Source: Pirellulales bacterium
GTDB taxonomy: Bacteria; Planctomycetota; Planctomycetia; Pirellulales; UBA1268
Direction: 5' to 3'
DNA length: 64,000 nt
Assembly: GCA_016779265.1 (NCBI GenBank)
Contig: JADHNY010000005.1
Span: 3,477-67,476 of the forward strand
Position numbers and translations under genes: made by a program. How positions within the stretch are numbered: the first letter of the stretch is position 1; every line of letters starts with the position of its first letter. Below the pieces are notes generated by a model. That model was given only the letters and a program-made list of their open reading frames with translations. It had not been told where the DNA came from and searched no databases. Positions 10,099-18,551 of the stretch are shown here, one piece after another.

Positions 10099-10862
10099 CG
10101 TCCGCTGCCGAGCACGCGACGGCTCGTTCCGGTGAGAAACAGCTCGCCACCCTCGATCCGCATGCCATCAAGCCACCAGCTCACTCCTTCACCACCGGCA
10201 ACGGACCCCTGACCAGCAGGGAGCTGCGCCACAAGCTGGGTCTGACCGTCACGTCGCAACATCTCACATCGTATGCCGGCTGCGCTGAGCGTCTCGGCCA
10301 ATCTGGAGATAGCAATCCCTCCAGGCAGGGGCACAGCGCCGAGTCGACAACGCTCGATCGTCATCGCCACTCGATTGGCTTCCAGCAGCCGCAGCCTCAC
10401 TTCAACCCACGCGAGCCCTCCAAGTGGTCCACCAACACGGCATCCCACAAACAGGGTCTCGGCAGCAAACTGGACACGCAGATCTGCAACGCCTGCCGGC
10501 AGAAGTTCCGGATGATTCGCGGGAAGCTCCACCCTTAGCCAAGCATTGAGTTCATCATCCTCAATGACCGTCGACCAGCTCCCGGGCCGGTCGACGTCCG
10601 CTGCCAACGCCACGCACTTCGAAAGGAATCGTCCCGAGGCACGCTGACGATTCTCTTCACGGACCGATGGGTCGACGCCAACGGCGAATGCGTCAGCTCC
10701 CTCGACACTGTTGGCGTAGAACGCCGGCTGCTGGCGTGCCAACAGGATGAACACAACGGCGAGAGCTGGCACCCCGATCAGCAGTCCCAGTCCAACCCGC
10801 CGCCACCACGTCCCGCGGCATGCAGCAGCCGGAGCCGCCATGGTTGGACTCTCGTGTGACAT
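10095..10862 (-). CDS. hypothetical membrane-anchored protein
   Basis: 255-aa ORF with one N-terminal TM helix (VGLGLLIGVPALAVVFILLA). Translationally coupled to the beta-CASP gene. No recognisable motif. Confidence 0.6.
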   Translation of the reverse strand: MSHESPTMAAPAAACRGTWWRRVGLGLLIGVPALAVVFILLARQQPAFYANSVEGADAFAVGVDPSVREENRQRASGRFLSKCVALAADVDRPGSWSTVIEDDELNAWLRVELPANHPELLPAGVADLRVQFAAETLFVGCRVGGPLGGLAWVEVRLRLLEANRVAMTIERCRLGAVPLPGGIAISRLAETLSAAGIRCEMLRRDGQTQLVAQLPAGQGSVAGGEGVSWWLDGMRIEGGELFLTGTSRRVLGSGR

Positions 10863-10880
10863 AGAGACACAGCCGCCCAG

Positions 10881-11789
10881 CTAACGTGTGACAGACCGCT
10901 CGGCAGACCGCGAGGTCGCCACATCAGTCGACGCATCTCCCTCGGGACTTGCGTAGACCTCCAACGACACAGACGCTGCCTCAGCGACCCGCACAGAGGC
11001 TTCGGAAATCCGTCTGCGGTCTTCGGCGAGCAGCTGAGGATGGGTGTGATGCTCACTGCGGAGCACCTGGTCACCTGCCAGCGGTACGGGCAACGGAAGC
11101 TCGCCACTGAGGGCCAGCTGAACGTCACTGGGGATCGCTCGCTCGTCAACGAGCCGACTGTTGATGGCCATCCGCGGAAATGGGGGCAGCCCGCCGGGAT
11201 GTACCAAGGCCTTCAGGAGCAGCGACACATCAGCAAACTGCTGATACCGCTCAGCGGCTTCGCGGCTGCTGGCCTTTTCGTACTGCACGCGGTAGCGAAC
11301 CTTGGGGCCAGTCACACCAGGTGGCCCAGTCAGGACGATCGTGGACTCATCGTCATCGTCGTGATGGATGCCTTCTTTGACCTGGCTGCTGGCCGCCCAA
11401 CGAATAATGGGGTCTTCAGCTCCACGGGCCCAGGTCGCCAGCGAGACACGCAGTCGATCGAGCTTGAGCTTGTCGACTTCCACCTTCACGCCCCGTCGCG
11501 GATCGACGAGCACGGTCCGTTCGCGGAGCGGATCATGCAGCACGATCTCTGCCAACTGCATCTCGCCTTCAGCGTCGGGCAGTTCGAGAAGGTCCCAGAC
11601 CACATCGTCGGTGAAGAGTGCCAGGCTCCGGCTTATCGCCTGCTCATCACTGCCCTTGAAGACCTGACTCTCGACACGCATCACCGCGTCACCGTCTGCA
11701 GCCACCGCAGCAACGGTTGACACCGTCAGCAGCACACTCGCCACCACGGGAGCGAGCGACACCGCTCGAGAGATGGTTCGCCAGCACAT
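10881..11789 (-). CDS. hypothetical secreted protein
   Basis: 302-aa ORF with a signal-peptide-like N-terminus (AVSLAPVVASVLLTVSTVAAVAA). Lies 18 nt upstream of the next gene on the same strand. Confidence 0.6.
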   Translation of the reverse strand: MCWRTISRAVSLAPVVASVLLTVSTVAAVAADGDAVMRVESQVFKGSDEQAISRSLALFTDDVVWDLLELPDAEGEMQLAEIVLHDPLRERTVLVDPRRGVKVEVDKLKLDRLRVSLATWARGAEDPIIRWAASSQVKEGIHHDDDDESTIVLTGPPGVTGPKVRYRVQYEKASSREAAERYQQFADVSLLLKALVHPGGLPPFPRMAINSRLVDERAIPSDVQLALSGELPLPVPLAGDQVLRSEHHTHPQLLAEDRRRISEASVRVAEAASVSLEVYASPEGDASTDVATSRSAERSVTR

Positions 11790-11866
11790 GGAAGCCGACT
11801 CCGTGACACGGGTGACGACAGCAGCACGGAAACACCGTGCCGGAAGTCGGCTTGTAGCACACCGGA

Positions 11867-12781
11867 TCAGGCAGCCGTAGGCCAGTTGCCCCCCGCCGGG
11901 CAGAGCCGTCGCTGCCGCCAGCGGCCTCCGGCGAGCAGCGTACCGATGGCCATCAGTGCCAGCGACCAGGCGGTAGGTTCGGGGACCGCGTTTGCATAGG
12001 AGAGCGTATCGACGGTGAGGGTTGCCGCATTGGCCGTGGAACTCGCCCCGTAGAACATCAGCGAGTCGATGGTCGTCCCAGTCGGCAGGCTGGCCTTTGG
12101 CAGGCCGGTGCTCACCGCAGCGCCATCCACCCAGAGGTCCCAGGTTCCCGGGGCTAACGTGTGGCCACCGTAGGTCACCGCTGCGGTGGTGTTGTTGCCA
12201 TAGATCGCCAGGGTCGTGCTCGTATTCTGCGAAAGCGTCGGCAGACGACTCACCAGCCAGCTTTCACTGCCGTCAGCCCGACGTGACATCGTCAGGCCGG
12301 CTGACGGCTCGTAGTCCCAGCGGACGCCGGTAAAGGTCTCCGCCATCACAAAGCCACTGTTGTTGGTAAACGTGGCTCCATTTCCCACAAAAAGCTGCCA
12401 GTTGCCGCTGTCGCCACCACTGAAAGTGAGCTCTGCCTCGACAGAGAACAGCCCCGTCCCCGCAAAGTCGTAGATCGAAAACTTGTTTACCGATGTGCTG
12501 TCTGACGCGGTGCCTACCAGGGACGAACTGCCACTCCCTGGGTTCACCAGCGAGAACTGACCGCCACCGCTTCCCACACGCACCCGTGCCGTTCCACCAG
12601 CGGCTGGCGGCTGAGGCAGAAACGTGATGCTCTCGCCGCCGACGAACGAGCCCGTGCCGCTCCCGAAGTCGTAGTTCCACGTTGTTTCCGCCGAGAGCGG
12701 TTTCGTGGCAAGTGAAAATGAAACGCACGCCGCAAGCGTGATCGGCGCAGACCGCCAGACAGTTGCGTACCGCATGGGCAA
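11867..12781 (-). CDS. PEP-CTERM sorting-domain protein
   Basis: The C-terminus (VPEPTAWSLALMAIGTLLAGGRWRQRR) has the PEP motif, a TM helix and a basic tail. N-terminal signal peptide and a Gly/Ser/Thr-rich body. Confidence 0.75.
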   Translation of the reverse strand: MPMRYATVWRSAPITLAACVSFSLATKPLSAETTWNYDFGSGTGSFVGGESITFLPQPPAAGGTARVRVGSGGGQFSLVNPGSGSSSLVGTASDSTSVNKFSIYDFAGTGLFSVEAELTFSGGDSGNWQLFVGNGATFTNNSGFVMAETFTGVRWDYEPSAGLTMSRRADGSESWLVSRLPTLSQNTSTTLAIYGNNTTAAVTYGGHTLAPGTWDLWVDGAAVSTGLPKASLPTGTTIDSLMFYGASSTANAATLTVDTLSYANAVPEPTAWSLALMAIGTLLAGGRWRQRRLCPAGGNWPTAA

Positions 12782-13008
12782 GACCTCCCTCGGGAGTTCA
12801 CTGGAGATGTCGTCGCAGAAGCCCCATGGCTCCTCGGATCATGCCGGCGGCGGATGCCGCGCTTCCATGCCGTTGGCGAGTCGTTGAGCGGCATGCCCAA
12901 CACGCTCTTGAGGGGGCCATCCCCTCGCGCCAACGCGACACCTGCACCCTACCGCGAGCGTCGAGCTGCCTCAACGAATCGGTCCGTCGCCTCGCCGGCT
13001 TCTCTGAC

Positions 13009-14241
13009 TCACTGTGGCAGGTCCTCTCCATCGAGCAGCCATGCCAGGTTAAAGCTGGCCACCTGTACCGCAGCATGACTCCCCGCGGGCCCTCCTTCGA
13101 AGATCACAAAGATGCGACCTTCGCTCGGTGTCCCGCTGCGGCCCACGCCGAGATTGGAGTACGCACTCGGCCCGTCGTAAACGAGCCGCTTCACAGGCCA
13201 TGACTGTCCGCCATCGAAGCTCGCCCAGACGGTGATCTTTTCACGACCACCAGCGATCGAGGCACCGGTCTGCGCTGGCATCGCACCTGCCTCGGTATCG
13301 GAACTGCTGTAGAGCAGAATGTCGCGGCCGGCGATCGGCAGCCGCAGCATGCCTCCCATCAAGCCGTACGAGGTGCCGCGAGGACCGTCGGGGAGTTCAT
13401 CGCTTCGGCGAGCCTCGATCCAGAGACTGCCGCCGTCGTAGCTGGTGGCGAAGAACCGGTTGCCTCGGCTCATGTGCTCCCGCGAGTTGTAGAGCAGACG
13501 GCCGTCGGAGAGCTCCGCAATTGCTGCCTCGCCCGTTCCCAACACTGGAAACGGATTGGTGGTCTGCCAGGTCTTGCCATGATCGTCACTGATCAGGGCT
13601 GTGGAGTAGTGGTAGGGACGCCAGACCACATCATTTGAGTTCTGGGGGCCCATGATCCGTGCTGGACTCACCAGTCGACCGCGATGCTTCCCGAAGGCCA
13701 GCGTGAGCCCAGACTGCATCGCCCCCGCCCCTTCAATCCCAGGCACATGTCCTAGCCGATCGGGTCGCACCTCAATCGTCTCACGACTCCACGTCTCGCC
13801 AGAATCATCGCTCCGGTAGAGCCACTGCTCCTGCGGACAGACGTAGAGCAGTTCCCCGGTGGTCTCATCAACCAAGGCATTCCCGCCGTTGGCCTCGCTC
13901 GCATCCCCACTGGCATCGATCGGCATCGCCGCGTCCCAGCTGACCCCACCATCTCGGCTGCGACGAATCTCACCACCACCCGGCGAGCGAAACGCCACCA
14001 GCGTGCCATCGGGAGCGGAGAGCACCCCGCCCCAGCCACCCCGCCTCTCCCAGAGCTGCTGCATCGGCACAAACACCGGTTCCCCGAGAAACTCCTCAAG
14101 GGTCGCCGACACCGCAAACGCAGCCGGCGGCTCGGTGTCTGCTGCTGTCGTAAACGTCGCCACCCCCAGCACGCCCATCAGTACAGCCACAACCCGCGTC
14201 ATGCCACACACCAACCCTTCACATCTGCGACTCATGAACAC
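13009..14241 (-). CDS. BNR/Asp-box repeat sialidase-family glycosidase
   Basis: Four Asp-boxes (SRDGGVSWD, SDDSGETWS, SDDHGKTWQ, SFDGGQSWP) and a signal peptide. An alternative start at M14 (14202) is possible. Confidence 0.8.
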   Translation of the reverse strand: MFMSRRCEGLVCGMTRVVAVLMGVLGVATFTTAADTEPPAAFAVSATLEEFLGEPVFVPMQQLWERRGGWGGVLSAPDGTLVAFRSPGGGEIRRSRDGGVSWDAAMPIDASGDASEANGGNALVDETTGELLYVCPQEQWLYRSDDSGETWSRETIEVRPDRLGHVPGIEGAGAMQSGLTLAFGKHRGRLVSPARIMGPQNSNDVVWRPYHYSTALISDDHGKTWQTTNPFPVLGTGEAAIAELSDGRLLYNSREHMSRGNRFFATSYDGGSLWIEARRSDELPDGPRGTSYGLMGGMLRLPIAGRDILLYSSSDTEAGAMPAQTGASIAGGREKITVWASFDGGQSWPVKRLVYDGPSAYSNLGVGRSGTPSEGRIFVIFEGGPAGSHAAVQVASFNLAWLLDGEDLPQ

Positions 14242-14382
14242 ACCCTTCCACGTTCATCTCAGCAGCAAGCCACGGCTCGACAGCCTACCTCCGTGAGCAT
14301 CCAACCTCCACACACACGCGGCCCACCCCAAGCGGCCCACCCGCGTGCTACAACCATTCAACAACCAACACAGGAGCCTCCG

Positions 14383-15156
14383 ATGCCCGGCCCACGCCCC
14401 CACGTGCTACACGAAGCCACCTACCGGCAGCTGCTCAAAGACCGCCCCAACCTGGCCGTGCTGCCATGGGGCGCCACCGAAGCGCATGGCTGGCATCTCC
14501 CACATGGCACAGACGTGATCGAAGCAACAGCGATCGCTGAAGCCGCAGTGGAACAGGCGGTCAGCCTGGGGGCAAAGGCGATCCTCTTGCCGGCGATTCC
14601 TTTTGGCAATAACGCACAGCAGCAGGATCAGGTTGCCACAATCCACTTCTCGACAGCCACCGCAGCGGCCATTCTTCGTGATGTGACCACGAGCCTTGTT
14701 CGGCAGGGCATTGATCGCCTCGTGATTCTCAATGGCCACGGTGGCAACGCCTTCGCCCCACTGGTTCGCGACGTGATGCTTGAAACGGGGGCCACGATTG
14801 TGGTGGTCAACTTCTGGCAGGTCGCGCCCGAGGCAAACCAGGCAACCTTTTCCGATCCCGGCGACCATGCGGGCGACCTGGAGACCTCACTTGTGCTGCA
14901 TCTGCAGCCTGACCTCGTCGAGATAGGCGAAGCTGGAGACGGCAGACGGGTGCCGTTTGCCATTTCTGCGATTTCACAGCCGGGCATGTGGACTCCACGG
15001 CCATGGTCCCAGTCACACCCCGACACCGGCTGTGGCGACCCCCGCACAGCCACAGCTGAGAAGGGAAAAGTCTTTTTTCAGGCGGTCTGTGACGCGGTTT
15101 CCCGCATGCTCGTCAGCTTCTCGCAAGCCACCAAGGGAGACTCGCCCTATCTGTAG
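14383..15156 (+). CDS. creatininase-family amidohydrolase
   Basis: LPWGATEAHGWHLPHGTD and ILNGHGGN motifs. The ATG at 14383 is preceded by AGGAG (14372-14376). The listed ORF start at 14293 looks like an upstream extension. Confidence 0.8.
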   Translation: MPGPRPHVLHEATYRQLLKDRPNLAVLPWGATEAHGWHLPHGTDVIEATAIAEAAVEQAVSLGAKAILLPAIPFGNNAQQQDQVATIHFSTATAAAILRDVTTSLVRQGIDRLVILNGHGGNAFAPLVRDVMLETGATIVVVNFWQVAPEANQATFSDPGDHAGDLETSLVLHLQPDLVEIGEAGDGRRVPFAISAISQPGMWTPRPWSQSHPDTGCGDPRTATAEKGKVFFQAVCDAVSRMLVSFSQATKGDSPYL

Positions 15157-15302
15157 GCTGCCAGCCCCCTCCACGTCGGTTCCGGTCAGTCAAACCCTGC
15201 GGCCTATGCTGAATCCCTTTAGCGCAAGGGTTTTGACATGCCGATCGCTTATGCAGGGCATGACGATCGTGCCCATAGAACCGATTATGGGGGAGACCTG
15301 TC

Positions 15303-16253
15303 ATGCGTCGCTTTTTTTCGCCACGAGCGTTTGCGTGGGCAGCCATCGTTGGCTTTGCTCCGTGCGTGAGTACGCCCGCAGTGGCTGATTGGTTTGAGTC
15401 CTACGAGGCTGATAGCGCTGCCACGAGCTTGGCTGCTCCAGGCCCACAAGAAATCGAGCCAAGCATCGCCGACGCGCTTGATGAGAATCTTGAGTTCGCG
15501 GTGGGCTCCGACGCGGACACCACGCCCGGCGATCAGCTGCAGCTGACAAGCTTCCTCGAAAGCGTTGCCTCCAGCTTCAATCCATCCTGCTGTGAGACCA
15601 CCAACTGCACATCACGGAGTCGTGGAATCGGGGGCCGACTCGCCGGCCGGCTGCCTCCTTGGCGTCCATATCTCAGTGGTATCAGCGGCGTGACGTTTGC
15701 GACGCTGGACGATGACAGCCCCTCTTCGCCCGCGATTGTGAATGAATCCGTCTTCACGATCGGTGGTGCAGCCGGTCTTGCATTTGATCGCCCGAATGGG
15801 GCGCTGCGGCTTGAGATTGAAGGTCGGGGCCGAGATCAGATGACCGAAACCGCTAGCGATCCTCTTGGGAGCGTCACCCTACGCGCAACCGACGTCTGGT
15901 CGGCAACCGTTAATGTCTGGCGGGACTATCAGCCGTTTGAGACACTCGGCATCTACGCCGGTGGCGGCATTGGCACCGGCGGCTACCGCTCGACCATCTC
16001 CGGAACTGGCCTCGCTGAAAGCTACACAGGGAATGACCCCGTCGCGAACTTCGCGTGGACAGCCGGTGGTGGCGTGTACTACGAGCTGACTCCTCGGGTC
16101 ACGTTTGATGTCGGCTATCGCTTCTTCGCCATCGACGAAACAGCGGCGTCCGGCGAGATCTTCGGACTTCCCTTCACCTACAACGAACGGTATTCCGCCA
16201 GCGAGCTGCTCCTGACGGTGCGGGTCTACGAGCCGTTCCGCCGCTGGAGGTAA
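15303..16253 (+). CDS. putative outer-membrane beta-barrel protein
   Basis: Signal peptide, then alternating-hydrophobic Gly/Tyr-rich strands in the C-terminal half (GGGVYYELTPRVTFDVGYRFF). Followed by a strong terminator. Confidence 0.6.
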   Translation: MRRFFSPRAFAWAAIVGFAPCVSTPAVADWFESYEADSAATSLAAPGPQEIEPSIADALDENLEFAVGSDADTTPGDQLQLTSFLESVASSFNPSCCETTNCTSRSRGIGGRLAGRLPPWRPYLSGISGVTFATLDDDSPSSPAIVNESVFTIGGAAGLAFDRPNGALRLEIEGRGRDQMTETASDPLGSVTLRATDVWSATVNVWRDYQPFETLGIYAGGGIGTGGYRSTISGTGLAESYTGNDPVANFAWTAGGGVYYELTPRVTFDVGYRFFAIDETAASGEIFGLPFTYNERYSASELLLTVRVYEPFRRWR

Positions 16254-16316
16254 GGCCTCTGCTGCGGACTGCAGCCCCATGTTTTGGGCTGCCGTCGACG
16301 AGAGACTATCCTGCGA

Positions 16317-16358
16317 CTCGGGGAGCCCGCATCCCGCGGCTCCCCGAGTTCTTTTTTT
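16317..16358 (+). terminator. rho-independent terminator after the OMP gene
   Basis: An 11-bp perfect stem (ctcggggagcc / ggctccccgag) with a 10-nt loop, followed by ttcttttttt. Confidence 0.7.
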
Positions 16359-16386
16359 GGCCACACCATTGCAGGAGATGCCTTTC

Positions 16387-16869
16387 ATGCTGCGAGCCCC
16401 TGTTCGACTCACCGCCCTTGCCATCCTGATTGCCGGACTGGCTGCCCCGTCGGTTGCTCTGGCCCACTGCCAGGTGCCCTGCGGCATCTATGGCGACCAG
16501 CTGCGTTTTGAGCAGCTGCTTGAAGACACCGCAACCATTGCCAAGGCTCAGGCTCAGCTCAATGAGCTGCTTGCCGGTGGCCAGCCAACTGCCCAGTCGG
16601 TCAACCAGATGGCTCGCTGGGTGATGACGAAGGAAGAGCATGCCGGCCATGTGCAGGAGACGCTGCAGGCGTACTTCCTCGCACAGCGGATCAAGGCAGA
16701 TTCGCCCCGCTATGTTGAGCAGCTCAAGGCAGCTCACGCGGTGATCACGTCAGCGATGAAGTGCAAGCAGTCGGCCGATGGCACGACTGCTGAGACGCTC
16801 AAAGAAGCCGTCTTCAACCTCTACCGTGCCTACGAAGGCAAAGAGCCTGACTTCGAGTCACACAACTGA
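16387..16869 (+). CDS. sodN: nickel superoxide dismutase precursor
   Basis: Ni-hook HCQVPCGIYGD, matching the consensus H-C-x-x-P-C-G-x-Y. It is preceded by the 26-aa leader MLRAPVRLTALAILIAGLAAPSVALA. The ATG at 16387 lies 9 nt after AGGAG (16373-16377). The earlier in-frame ATG at 16378 abuts the SD. Confidence 0.85.
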   Translation: MLRAPVRLTALAILIAGLAAPSVALAHCQVPCGIYGDQLRFEQLLEDTATIAKAQAQLNELLAGGQPTAQSVNQMARWVMTKEEHAGHVQETLQAYFLAQRIKADSPRYVEQLKAAHAVITSAMKCKQSADGTTAETLKEAVFNLYRAYEGKEPDFESHN

Positions 16870-16905
16870 GAAAGGGCAGCGACTGCCCACTGCGTCTCAC
16901 CAGCG

Positions 16906-16938
16906 GTGCCACTTGAGCCGACCCGGCTCAAGTGGCAC
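16906..16938. terminator. 15-bp perfect hairpin between convergent sodN and the DUF2237 gene
   Basis: gtgccacttgagccg - acc - cggctcaagtggcac, verified base by base. T/G-rich tail on the plus strand. Could terminate both convergent transcripts. Confidence 0.6.
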
Positions 16939-16977
16939 TGTCTGTGTGACACCTTTCGAGGAACGCCGTCTGGCAGC

Positions 16978-17025
16978 ACTGCTTCACTGGGTCGCTGCTT
17001 CATTGGGCCGCTGCTTCATTGGGCC
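16978..17025. repeat. 16-nt tandem repeat, 3 copies (GCTGCTTCATTGGGCC)
   Basis: Units at 16978-16993 (13/16 match), 16994-17009 and 17010-17025; the last two are identical. Intergenic. Confidence 0.85.
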
Positions 17026-17134
17026 TGCTGAGTGAGCATCCTGCTTTGTGGCCCGCGCAGACCGCCTCAGAACGCTCCTGCCTCGGCATCACGACTGCCT
17101 CAGCATCACTGCGGCTCCGCTTATGCGGTGGGGC

Positions 17135-17545
17135 TCATTCGGCGTCGATGCCACACTCACGCAAGAGCTCAAAGGGCACCACGTCGAGTGTCTTCTCACT
17201 GGTCGCTTTGAGCACCACCGGTGGTGCCGCCCCCGCTTGGTAGGCCTCAAGCCACCGTGCTGCACAGAGACACCAGTGGTCACCCTCGACCAGGCCCGGA
17301 AAGTTCCACTCGGGGTGAGGTGTGACCAGGTCATTCCCCGCAGCCACCGTAAACTCAAGAAACTCCGCGGTCATCACCGCACACACGCTGTGCAGTCCGA
17401 CGTCCTCCGAACAGGTACGGCAGTAGCCATCACGAAAGAACCCCGTCAGCGGCGCCTGGGAGCAGGCCACCAGCGGACCACCGAGGACATTGCGGACGCG
17501 GCCACCGCGGTCGTGTGGCTTCGGGATGTTTCCAAAACTGATCAT
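17135..17545 (-). CDS. DUF2237-family protein
   Basis: 136 aa. TGFFRDGYC...C...GLH..CA.MT.EFL...GNDL....P....GL..GD.WCLCA.RW is the pattern I associate with DUF2237/COG3651. Confidence 0.6.
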   Translation of the reverse strand: MISFGNIPKPHDRGGRVRNVLGGPLVACSQAPLTGFFRDGYCRTCSEDVGLHSVCAVMTAEFLEFTVAAGNDLVTPHPEWNFPGLVEGDHWCLCAARWLEAYQAGAAPPVVLKATSEKTLDVVPFELLRECGIDAE

Positions 17546-17589
17546 CGCCCATAGTTATAGCAGCGCCGTCAACGTTCGAGAGGCCACGC

Positions 17590-18447
17590 ATGTCGCCTGC
17601 ACAGACCGTCATCGGTGTCGACTTCTCGTCAGCACCAACACGCCGCAAGCCGATTACCGTTGCGGTCGGCGAACTGACGGCGGCTGACGGAGCCGCCCCC
17701 CTCTACCGACTCAGCGAAGTCCGTGAAATCGAGAGCCTCCTGGCCTTCGAAGCGTTTCTCCTCGAGCCGGGCGGCTGGCTCGGAGGCTTCGATCTTCCCT
17801 TCGGACAGCCGCGAGCCCTGATCGAGCATGAAGGCTGGCCCACCAGCTGGGAGGCCTTTGTCTCGTTCTACTGTCACTGTCCAAAAGAAACCCTCCGTGA
17901 CGTGTTCCGTAGCTGGTGCAATGCACGACCGCCAGGCTCCAAGTTCGCGTGGAGAAAGGCCGACAAGCCGGCAGGCTCGAGCCCTGCCATGCGTTGGACC
18001 AATCCACCAGTCGCCTGGATGATGCATGCAGGCATCGGACGCATGCTGGCAGCGGGGCTCGCGTTTCCCGCACACCACCATCCCAGTTCGAGGCCCCCGC
18101 GGGCCGCCTCAACGAAGATCGCCCTGGAAGCCTACCCCGCCTTCACGGCCCGGCAGATCTGTCGAGGCAGCTACAAGAGCGACACACCCTCTGCCTGGAC
18201 AGATGCACGCACGGCCAATCGGCGGACCATCCTACGCGGGCTCTGTCAGGACGCAGCTGGGCTTGGCGTGACTCTCGAGGCCAGCCGCCGTTGGCAGCAG
18301 CGACTGGTCGCCGATGCCCGTGGCGATCTGCTCGACGCGGTGATCTGTAGTCTGCAGGCGGCCCATGCCGCCTCACAGCCACGCTATGGACTGCCCAGTG
18401 ATCTCGACGTGCTGGAAGGCTGGATCGCTTCGGTGCCGCCGCGCTGA
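17590..18447 (+). CDS. hypothetical protein (possibly DUF429 / RNase-H-fold)
   Basis: 285-aa ORF. The N-terminal VIGVDFSSAP is reminiscent of DUF429. The assignment is weak. Confidence 0.45.
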   Translation: MSPAQTVIGVDFSSAPTRRKPITVAVGELTAADGAAPLYRLSEVREIESLLAFEAFLLEPGGWLGGFDLPFGQPRALIEHEGWPTSWEAFVSFYCHCPKETLRDVFRSWCNARPPGSKFAWRKADKPAGSSPAMRWTNPPVAWMMHAGIGRMLAAGLAFPAHHHPSSRPPRAASTKIALEAYPAFTARQICRGSYKSDTPSAWTDARTANRRTILRGLCQDAAGLGVTLEASRRWQQRLVADARGDLLDAVICSLQAAHAASQPRYGLPSDLDVLEGWIASVPPR

Positions 18448-18551
18448 AAACGGTACCGCTCGGCGAATAACCATGCCGAGACCGCGAGCATGAAACGGCG
18501 GGCAAGCCACCACGACGAGTAAGGCCAGTGTTGAGTGAGGCCAATGCTGGG

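Noticed and set aside
15215-15234. Short hairpin CCCTT-tagcgc-AAGGG followed by TTTT after the creatininase gene
   Set aside because: The stem is only 5 bp, which is not convincing as a terminator in this GC-rich context.
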